A stretch of DNA of 64,000 nt from Squalus acanthias (taxonomy: Eukaryota): the NCBI GenBank assembly GCA_030390025.1, contig CM059433.1, positions 20,524,001-20,588,000 on the forward strand, given 5' to 3'. Shown piece after piece: positions 23,050-32,769 of the stretch; within the stretch, counting starts at the first letter, position 1; each line of letters opens with the position of its first letter. Below the pieces are notes generated by a model. It saw only the letters and a program-made list of their open reading frames with translations, made no database searches and was not told the origin of the DNA. The position numbers and the translations under genes were made by a program.

Positions 23050-23945
23050 TAAAAGTGCATGCGAGTATAAAACATTACTCTGTTTTGACCTTCAATGAAA
23101 ACCGGTGTGCCTAGCAGTGCCCACCGGTCGTGAAATGCTAGAAGCCAATCAGTGGGCACCACATGATCCTGCTCCAGGCTCACCTGGCACGTACGAACCC
23201 TCGGAAGAGGGGCAAGCATCCTCCCCCCTCCCATCGATTGTATGCATCGTGGACCTGTGGCTGGTGACTTTCGCCAGACCCTGGAGCAGGCTGACCAGGA
23301 GGTCCTCCGACCTATTCACCCAACCCCCACCCTCCAGGTGACCAAAGATGAGCATAGGTGAGAAATTCAGCCAGGACCTCAGGAGCAGCCCCTTTAGCTG
23401 GTCAAACAGGGACAGCAAGCTCTGGAACCACACATATATGTGAAAGGTCATTTCATCCACTCCACTGTGTGGGTGTTGGAGTATTGGTGAAGTGGCTCAG
23501 GAATCTTTTCGATCCCACTACCCCATACAACACTCTCCATCCCAAGTCCCCAGTGGTGCCGGGATGGATTCCCGTATACAGGGCTCTCCACTGAGGACGC
23601 TTCTTGCGACCGATTGCAAAAGGTTTCGCCACGGTGTATTTGGGCAGAAGGCGACGGTGAAGACTTAGGGAATGTGCAGCAGCATTTTATACAGGACATC
23701 CCTCCATGCCATTCCACTCTGCTCTAAGAGAAGGCTCAGGTTGTGAGGTGGAGTCTCCCGAGGGAGGCTTCGGGGCATCGCGCCAATAAACAGCTCCATC
23801 CGAACCAGGATGAGGTCGGAAGGGAGCACTCCACGAACCTGAGCCTCCTCGATACACCGTGCTGAGTCAGGGCCTAACACAGACTTTGTCCTTCGGGTGG
23901 CTCTGGACATGAGGAGGACGCACCACCAAGACACGCGGGCAGTTG
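23050..23945 (-). mobile_element. Tx1/L1-clade non-LTR retrotransposon ORF2 C-terminal fragment, frameshifted
   Basis: Peptides PPHNLSLL, VLYKMLLH, LFDQLKGLLLRSWLNFSPMLIFGHL, RSEDLLVSLLQGLAK..HRS, YVR..VSLEQDH..AFHDRWA. Confidence 0.75.
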
Positions 23946-24584
23946 TTAACTTTTACTAGCGTGTGAGTCACACATATGGAGAGATTTCAGTGTTCCTAGC
24001 CTTTATAGATTTGCCTTTATTATTCTCCTTGATGCATTCTTCGCTTTGATTTACATTCTGTAAAATACAGAGGACGAAAGTCACTATTGTCAGAATAATT
24101 AAAGCCCTCACTAAAAATCAGTGGTGTTTTCTTCCTATTGTTCAAAGTCAGCTGTGATATTCATAAAAGGAAAGGTGCAAATGAAGCCGACTGCTTGTGA
24201 ATTGTAATTTTAATTCACCCTGGTATCATTGGCTCATGGCATTGACAGTAATTCATCGACTGCAATTCTATAAAGGAAACTGGGTCTGTTTTAACAAAAT
24301 GCTGTACACTTTCTGACATTTTGTCACATCTCCACTTACAGCGCAACAGGCTGGTCAGTCCTGATATTTTCAATAGGCTTGTGACAAAATTGTGGCAATC
24401 GAAAAGATGTGACAAACCCATCAGAAAAGTGATTACAATGCGTGAAGATCAGCTTGGTGTTTGAGTTGGTGACTTCTTTGTTGAAAAGCCAGTGTGAAGG
24501 GCCGATAGGGTACAGAAAGCCATCAAAGTTCAGAAGAATAGGAGTGAAGTAAAATAAGGAAGTAATTAAGTGATGTCATTCTGG

Positions 24585-24698
24585 GTTCCCTACATTACAA
24601 CAGTGACTACATTTCAAAAGGACTTCATTGGCTGTAAAGCACTTTGGGACGTGCTGAGGTCGTGAAAGGTGCTATATAAACGCAAGTTCTTTCTTCTT
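24585..24698 (+). mobile_element. DeuSINE 3' tail fragment
   Basis: 'cctacattacaacagtgactaca...gctatataaacgcaagttctttc'. Confidence 0.8.
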
Positions 24699-25347
24699 TT
24701 AAAAAGCCTTTAGATCGGAAGAGGAAGGAAAGGCTGAGGGAGGTAAAGACTATTAGGAATTGAAGATCAGGAACGTTTTGAAGAAATCCATGGGGCCAAG
24801 ACCTTGGAACAATAACGATGCTCTCTTGCACAATCCACAAAACTTACTGAGCAGTACATCAATTATTGGGAAACCTGTGCACTATACAGGCAAGACAAGA
24901 ATAAAAATACTACTCAATGGCCTTAAAATTACATGGTGTGACATTACCATTATGAATACTTCCAACGCATTTATCTGAAATTCTTTTCTCTGCTATTTTA
25001 ATGAAGCCATTTCAAATAAATATTGATACACTAACATTGAACTGTGTCATTTCCAAGTGACTGAGATTGGTTTACTTTGCTTTGTCGACATTGAGAAAAA
25101 CAATTCAATTCTCTTCCTCCCCCCGCTCCCACAGTTCTTTTTCAGAGTATTGAAGCTGAAAGTAAAAGTAGTGCACTCTCAGTTGACAGCTAGCATTCAT
25201 GTTTCTCCAAAATCTGACAACAAACACTTCTTCAGATAAAATGATTGTCAGCTTGTCTCAGCAGTAGCGCTCTTGTCTATGAGTCAGAAGGTTGTGGGTT
25301 CAAGTCTCACTCCAGAACTTGAGCACCAAATCTAGGCTGGCACTTTT

Positions 25348-26352
25348 GGTAGCTTATTTTAACCCAGTGCAAACCAGGCGGGTGGAGAGTTAAAATCGCC
25401 GAGGTTACTGACCCACTGGACAGCTGCTAGGATCTCACTGTTCCGAATTTTAAACTGCTGCACTGAGCAGACGGAGAGGACACCTGCCCAAAGCTGGTTT
25501 GCATATGCATGTCGGGCCCCCATGACGTCACCGGGGACCTGCCTGCAAATTTAGCTGCTGGCTTAGCGGGGAACCGCCTGGTGAAGACAGCGGGAAGAGG
25601 AGCCTGGGCCAGAAAATATTTATGTTTTACTTTCCATGTGGGGCCAGGAGGAGCAAGAGCAGATTGAGTAGACTAGGCCTATATTCTCTAGAATTCAGAA
25701 GAATGAGAGGTGATCTCATTGAAATATACAAAATTCTTACAGGGCTTGACAGGGTAGATGCAGGGAGGATGTTTCCCCTGGCTGGGGAGTCTAGAACCAG
25801 GGGGTCACAGTCTCAGAATAAGGGGTCGGCCATTTAGGACTGAGATGAGGAAAAATGTCTTCACTCAGAGGGTGGTGAATCTTTGGAATTCTCTACCCCA
25901 GAGGGCTGTGGAGGCTCAGTTGTTGAGTATATTCAAGACAGAGATCGATAGATTTTTGAATATTAAGGGAATCAAGGGATATGGGGATAGTGCGGGAAAG
26001 TGGAGATGAGGTAGAAGATCAGCCACGATCTTATTGAATGGTGGAGCAGGCTCGAGGGGCCGAATGGCCTACTCCTGCTCCTATTTCTTATGTTCTAAGA
26101 GTGCTCCTCTGGTCCCCACGCCCCCCTTCCCGAATGCGAGACACCCGCAAGATGGCTCCTCAAAGCCAATCCCACCACATTCCTGATGTCCACAGGTGGC
26201 CTCTGGGCTGCGCAATTTTCCACCATTTCCTGCTGAATTCCACCCTATGAAACGAGATTTAAATGAGACTTTGGAGTTAAAATACCAACCTCATTTCTGG
26301 AGTAGGGGCTGAGTTCATCACTATCCACTCGCTCGGAGTTCAAATCGGGGCC
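25348..26352. mobile_element. Harbinger-type MITE
   Basis: ttt|ggtagcttatttt...caaatcggggcc|ttt; removing it rejoins the SINE. Confidence 0.65.
25660..26098 (+). mobile_element. CR1/HER1 3' end
   Basis: RLSRLGLYSLEFRRMRGDLIE...FTQRVVNLWNSLPQ; tail cctatttcttatgttct. Confidence 0.93.
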
Positions 26353-26727
26353 TTTTGAAGAGTGCAGTATTGAGGGAGTGCTGTGTTGTTGGATGAAGCA
26401 TTAAATCAAGGCCCCCCTCTGTCTGTTCCGGTGGGCATAAACCACCCCCGAGCTGTAATTGAATAACACTGGGGGAGTTCTCCTGCTGCTCTGGACAATA
26501 TTCATCCCTTAAGCAACACTATTAGAAGCAGATTATCTGGTCATTTATCTAATTGCTGTTAGTGAGACCTTGCTGTGCACAAAATAGCTACCACATTTGC
26601 CTACATAACCACAATGAGTGCACTTCAAATAGCAATTCATTGCCCGAGAAGCACTTTGGGATGCCCTGAAGAAAAAAAGTATATAATCTATTCTGAGGCC
26701 ATGAAAAGCACTATATAAATGCAAGTT

Positions 26728-26830
26728 CGTTCGTTCTTTCTTCCCTTCTTTCTTTCCTCCTTCTTTCTTTCCTTCCCCTTCTTTCCTTCCCCTTCTTTCT
26801 TTCCTTTCCTCTTTCTTTCTTTCCTTCTTC
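26728..26830 (+). repeat. Degenerate (TTTC)n/(TTCC)n microsatellite at a SINE tail
   Basis: Pyrimidine run directly after 'aaatgcaagttc'. Confidence 0.8.
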
Positions 26831-27478
26831 TAAGCAATTACTCTGGAATCTTTCTCGAGGCAGTTGGATACTTTCTATGCAAGGATGTATTAGATGGGCT
26901 GAATAACTTTCCTCATCTTTACTTATCTTTGTTTTAATTTAAGTAAAGCAAAAATGAATCATTAACGAGCCAGTCTCACAGCTAACAAAGTAGCCTCCCA
27001 GTGAGGAGAGAGGTGTTCCAATGCACGAGCTTAACAGCTGAGCTTCTGGCATGGGCTGTTTCTTCTGTAATTTGATAGTTACATCAGCAGACGAGAAGGC
27101 TATCATCATTTCGAGCTGCGACCATTACTTAAGGAAGATGCTCCACACGTCATCAAATCTGAAAATGCTCACGCAGTTAGTCACCATTGGACAGCCTGCT
27201 TGAGGTAATAATTGTACTTATGTGGCTGAGTCCATATTACAATCACAGATCTGTTGCATGCAGATATTTTGTACTAAAAATTGTCCTAATTTTAATTGAT
27301 GTTTTCATTATTCATCCAATCTAATCAAGGAGTGTTGAAAACATTTTGATAATCAGGAATATGGATGTATGGGTTCTATTTATTACAATATTGATGCACT
27401 TTTTTGGAGAGACAGCCTTGAGGCTGTCTCGCAGGAAGGTGCAGTTTTTGGGTGCTGTTTGGTCTAATTATCAAAACA

Positions 27479-27975
27479 GGGGGAAGAATTTGGTGGCGCC
27501 CCCTTTGGGTAAATTTAGTAGTAGCACCCCAAGCAGGAGGTGGGGCGCTACTGGAAGCGCTCCCCCTCCTTCTTGGGGCACTACCAGTGAATTTCGCGGC
27601 ACTACGTGCAACAGCCCCACACGCGTCGGCACATAGCGCCGCGCCATTGCAGGCCTCCCTCCCCTGATTAAAGGGGAGGGGCCTAGCGCTGCGCGCACCG
27701 GGGCCCTACTGGACCACCAGGGAGTGCCGGGCTGAGTGATCGCGGCCGGCACCCCGAAGAAAAAAGGGGAAGGGGGCAGGTGCTGGCAGTCGGCCAAACA
27801 AAATGGCTGCCCGACACCTGCCCTTTAAGTAGCGCCACCGCGGCTACCAAAACGCAACCCTGACCCTGTCGGACATATCGTCCAGCGATAGGTCAGGGGG
27901 CGCAACCCAAGGTTGCAGCCGGGGCGCGAGCGGGGCGCTAACGAGAGGTGCAAATCAACCCAATTTCCCCCCCCC
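27479..27975. mobile_element. GC-rich Harbinger-type MITE
   Basis: gggggaagaattt...aatttccccc termini; interior similar to 32132-32436. Confidence 0.75.
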
Positions 27976-29084
27976 AAGCCTACAGTTTGTAAATGCTTAT
28001 TAATGCACTGACTGCTGCTTTGTCTTTGTACACTGGGAGTTATAGGAAGAGTGATAGTGGTTTAGCGCTTTCACAGGCTATCTAATTATATATGAACAAA
28101 GCAGTCACCACATTAGAAGAAGTTGAAAGGCTATTGGCACCAATTAGAATGAAATAATGAATAGTCTTTGAGAAGAGCCCTACTAATGTTTAAAGAGTGA
28201 AATAAATATCTTGACGTTTCCAGTTTTAGCTAAAGACAATAAATGCGATAGTTACTGCAACATTTTATTTTATGACCATAATGAGGCCTTTTTACGAATT
28301 TGTAGTTCTTTTTGTAAATTACACGTGTGAGACTGAACCAGTGAACTGAAAGCTATCTCCTTTCCCGTATATCACTTTGGTAAGGTTGACCGCCCGGGGA
28401 TATACTTGCCCTTTTGCTGTCCTACTAATTGCTGTGATTCTGGGATTAAAATCAGTAGCCACCTTTTTACCTTCATTTAAGGTTCATTGTGGTGTCAGTA
28501 TAAACTATTAGGTGGCAATTTTGTTTCTGCCTTGTAATGAAAATGGAAATTAACTGTCTACGGAATAATGTTAAAATTAGGGATGTTCTTGTGGCAATTC
28601 ATCCACGTTTAGTTGAAAATTTATGATTATGCATGACAAATTAATCTGAAGAGAAACATCAAATTAGTAATTGCAACAGCCAGCATGGTATTTATTTGCA
28701 GACATTATTCCATAAGCCTGTTCTTCTGCTGTTCGACTGAACATGAATGTCATAACCCCAATCGACTGAAACTGCCAAAGTGTCCTGTGGAGTAATACGG
28801 ATAGAGTTAGTACACATTTGGGACAGGAAATCATTGTGTACCTCCAGGAGAAACATGGTCATCTGAAAGACGATAGAAGAAATGCTTCAAACCTATGACT
28901 TAAATGGATTATTCCAAAATGGTGCTGACTGCTGATTTTTTTTCTGCTTCCCCAGTTCCTCACCCTGAAAGTGCTGATGCATTTTGCAGCATTGTTCTGT
29001 GCGCATTGACTGCCCTCCACAACCTAATTCGAACTGCCAATTATTCATGTTTGAGCCTAGACGGCGCGGACAAGCCTTTAGAGA

Positions 29085-29500
29085 AATAAAGAAAGACTTG
29101 CATTTATATAGCGCCTTTCACAACATTAGGATGTCCCAAAACACTTCACAGCCAATGAAGTACTTTTGACATGTGGTCACTGTTGTAATGTAGGAAACGT
29201 TGCAGCCAATTTGCACACAGCAAGCTCCCACAAACAGCAAATCGATAAATGACCTATCAATTTGTTTTTTAGTGTTGTTGGTTGAGGTATAAATATTGGC
29301 CAGGACACCGGGAGAAATCCTTGGCTCTTCTTCATAGTAGTGCGATGTGATCTTTTACATTCACCTAAGAGGGCTGATGGGACCTCGATTTAAAGTCTCA
29401 TCCAAAAGGCATCACCTCTTCCAGCCTAGATTGTGTGATCAAGTCTCTGGAGTGGGACTTGAACCCATAACCTTCTGCCTCAGAAGCGAGAGTGCTACTG
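29085..29500 (-). mobile_element. SacSINE1-like DeuSINE
   Basis: Reverse-complement tail, Deu core and 'gggacttgaaccc' B-box. Confidence 0.88.
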
Positions 29501-29519
29501 GCACTAGACAATAGAGCAT

Positions 29520-29790
29520 AGGATGTGATAGGAGATTCATAAATAAGCTCAACCCTGCTCTCTCAAACGCACACACACACACACACACACACATCCACTT
29601 TTCAGTAAGGGTCACTGGGTTGCAAATTGAACACAGAATCCTGGTTTTCTTTACGTATTCTCTAAGGTAGGGATACTAAATCCCACTGTAGTGTTCTTAC
29701 TGCTGCCCCTTCTGAGGTCAGATCATTCAGTGCAAGTTTGAGATTGAACCTACGACCTTCCTAGTCTACGTGATGTAGTTCCACACCCAA
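29520..29790 (-). mobile_element. Old second SINE-like family copy containing a (CA)n tract (29570-29593)
   Basis: Reverse-complement similarity to 57050-57305. Confidence 0.55.
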
Positions 29791-30588
29791 CTTGGCAATT
29801 GGTTGGGGTTTAGGTAGGAGGGTAACCCAACCATCAATTGTACAGTAATAAAATGTAGCAATCATTTGGTAGTCTGATTATGTCACTAAAATATTAAATC
29901 CAATGTCGATGGAAGTTCATCAAAGACCTTCTTGATTATTTGCCAAATAATAAACTTGTCTGTTTTCATCCACTCCCGATCTGTGTTGCCTTCCTGCCCT
30001 CCTGAAAAAGTAACAAATGGATAGTTTCCAAATACCTGGCCAGCTTATGAATGTAACATTTAGGATGTGCATAAATGGATGTGCAGGAACCTGAGCCCTC
30101 CTGCACTGAGCGTTTGGGCTGAATTTCTTTCAAAGAAACAGATACTCACTGCACGTATAGTGAGTTCGGCGGTGTCTTTTCAGGTTCGAATAGGTATGGA
30201 AAACTAATTTGCGCTCTGAAAGAGCTCGAGAAACATAGGTGGCTCACCTCTCTCTCCCGAGGCAAGGAAATAATTAACACCTCTCTCAAAGAGTCTAGTT
30301 ACTTAGCTACAGCACAGAGTGTAATCGCAGATCGCAACGTTAACTGAGTGGATTGTGAACAGAGGGAAGTTGAGAATTTGGTGAGAGTGGGAATTTGGTG
30401 CAGAGGTATTCCTTTTTGCCTTTAACACTTGTAGTGGTTTGTGTAAGCCTGAGGCAGTAAGTATTAAAAATTTTGTCAGTGTTATAGTGCTTAGTGCAAG
30501 TTAGTGTGTAAAAAAAAACTTAAAACTGACTAAAGGTAATTACCTATAAATGCATAGTGGTGGAAACTAGAAACCTATAACTAATACT

Positions 30589-30943
30589 GTTTTTTCTCTC
30601 TCACATGGCAGCTGTTGATGATTCTGCCATTCCAATTTACACCTCATCAAGAGTCATCTTTTGTTTCTTAACTTGTCTCATTACCACCTCCTTTTGCGTG
30701 CACCATCATCCCTCTTGTCTTTTAATCTCTCCTGCCTTCCATCCTATCACAGACCTTCCCTTCTGTTTTTTCCTCCCCTCCTCCCTTTCCCTGCCCCTGC
30801 ACTTGCTTAAAAATCTGTTACATCTCTAACTTTTTCCAGTTCTGAGGAAGGGTCATCGACCTGAAACGTTAACTCTGTTTTTCTCTCTCCACGGATGCTG
30901 CCTGACCTGCTGAGTGTTGCCAGCATTTTCTGTTGTTATATTT
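30589..30943 (+). mobile_element. Penelope-like 3'/terminal fragment inserted in the CR1 5'UTR
   Basis: Matches 17037-17370 in reverse; flanked by a 13-bp duplication tataactaatact (30576-30588, 30944-30956). Confidence 0.9.
30838..30874 (+). ncRNA. Minimal type-I hammerhead ribozyme motif
   Basis: agtt-CTGAGGA-agggtcatcgacct-GAAA-cg-TT-aact; palindromic AACGTT at stem III. Confidence 0.7.
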
Positions 30944-31076
30944 TATAACTAATACTTTATTAAATTAATAACTTAAACTAGTTAAATTAATTAATTGAAA
31001 AAATTAAAAGTAAACCAAGTGAATTAACTACATGAAACTTTAGTTAATTAAATATATAAAACAAGGTTGTATAGAA

Positions 31077-32010
31077 ATGGCAGTGCAGAAGGTGTGCTGT
31101 ATCTGCAACATATGGGAGTTTGTGGAGACAAGTGTGATCCTAGGCAACCACATCAGCAGTAAGTATCTGCAATTCAAGGAACTTCGGCTCAAAGTTGTTG
31201 AGCTGGAGTCCGAGGTGCAGACATTGCGATGCATTAGGGAGGGAGAGAGTCACCTGGACATTTTGACCCAGGAGGCAGTCACACACCTTAGCTTAGGCAG
31301 TGGTTTAGATTTGGTTAGTGGTCAGGGACAGGAGGATCTGACTGTGACTCAGGCAGGTAAGGGGACCTCAGATGCATGGTGGAGGAGACTCAGCCTTTGT
31401 CATTGTCTAACAGGTATGAGGTACTTGCTACCAGTGTGGAAGAGAACAAAGACTTTAGGGAAGATGGGTAAATTGACCGTTGTATAAGTGGGGGGAGTGA
31501 ATGGAATGTGGCAGTTGTAGGAGATAGTACAGTCAGGGGGATAGATGCTATTCTCTGCAGCCGCAACCAGGAGTCCTGAAGGCTGTGTTGCCTACCCGGT
31601 GCCAGGGTTAAGGACATCTCCTTGCAACTGGATGAGAACTTGAAGAAGGAGGGGGAGGATCCCATTGTTGTGGTCCATGTAGGAACCAATGACATAGGTA
31701 GAACTAGGAATGAGGTTCTGCTGAGGGAGTTTGAGGAGCTAGGGTACAAATTAAAAAGCAGAACCTCAAAGGTAATAAACCCTGGATTACTACCTGAGTC
31801 ACGTGCAAATTGGCATAGGGAAAATCAGATTCAAGGTTTAAATGCAGGGCTCAAAGAGTGGTGTGGGAGCAGGGGTTTCAATTCATGGGGAACTGGCACC
31901 AGTACTGGGGAAAGAGGGAACCGTTCCATTGGGACAGACTCCACTTAAACCGGGCTGGGACCAGTGTCCTGGCAAATCGAATAACTAGGGTGGTAGCTAG
32001 GGCTTTAAAT
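31077..32010 (+). pseudogene. CR1 ORF1 (Cys-rich/zipper N-terminus plus SGNH esterase), disrupted
   Basis: MAVQKVCCICNIWEF...LRLKVVELESEVQTL; VVGDS..LPGARVKD..VVHVGTNDIG with a stop and frameshifts. Confidence 0.85.
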
Positions 32011-32131
32011 TAATAAGGAAAAGGAGGGTTCAGGTAAGGTTAAATCTATCAGTTTGAAGAGAAAAGTTAAGTCTATAGAGCAGAGTAGCGATTTGGGTAA
32101 AATCAAGCAGATTGTGTCAGGAAGGGACAAA

Positions 32132-32436
32132 GGGGTAAAAATTGAGTCGCGCCCCATTTGGGGCGCTAACCTCGCCGGGGCGCGACTTTTAGCGCCCCGA
32201 AAAAATTAGCGGCCCCGCGCCGGAACTTCAGTGGTTGCGCCCCAAGAGGGAAGCGGGGCGCAACTGGAAGCAGCCCGCATCCCTCTTGGGGCGCTGCGAG
32301 TGGCTGCGGCACGTCGCGCCGCGGTATTGCAGGCCTTCCTCCCCTTCTTAAAGGGGAGGGACCCTGCGCAGCGCGAACCGGGGCCCAGCTGGGCCCCCAG
32401 GGATCGGGAGTGCCGGCAAAAGATTGAGGCCACATC
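32132..32436. mobile_element. One-ended Harbinger-type MITE fragment inside CR1
   Basis: Start ggggtaaaaattgagtcgcgccccatttggggcgc matches the reverse complement of the 12333 end. Confidence 0.8.
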
Positions 32437-32552
32437 AGGGAAAAATAGTAAAAAGTTAAAATTAAAGGTGCTATATATGAATGAACGAAGGATTCATAAC
32501 AAGATAGATGAATTAATGGCAGAAATAGAGAAGAATGGGTTTGATCCAGTAG

Positions 32553-32769
32553 TGGTCATGATGCGGAGATGCCGGTGTTGGACTGGGGTGGACAAAATTG
32601 AGAGGTCGCACAACACCAGGTTATAGTCCAACAGTTTTATTTGAAATCACAAGCTTTCGGAGCTATCGATTGCCACTTCACCTGAGGAAGGGGCAATCGA
32701 TAGCTCCGAAAGCTTGTGATTTCAAATAAAACTGTTGGACTATAACCTGGTGTTGTGCGACCTCTCAAT
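32553..32769. mobile_element. Palindromic Penelope-type terminal-repeat element (second family) inside the CR1 endonuclease
   Basis: Perfect 82-bp arms 32593-32674 and 32692-32773; flanking tttgatcYagtag duplication (32540-32552, 32770-32782). Confidence 0.8.
32678..32719 (+). ncRNA. Minimal type-I hammerhead ribozyme motif
   Basis: tcac-CTGAGGA-a-ggggc(aatcgata)gctcc-GAAA-gc-TT-gtga; palindromic AAGCTT at stem III. Confidence 0.7.

Larger units (their letters stand above)
25245..26740 (+). mobile_element. DeuSINE split by a Harbinger MITE that itself holds a CR1 fragment
   Basis: SINE head 25245-25347, body 26355-26730. Confidence 0.8.
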
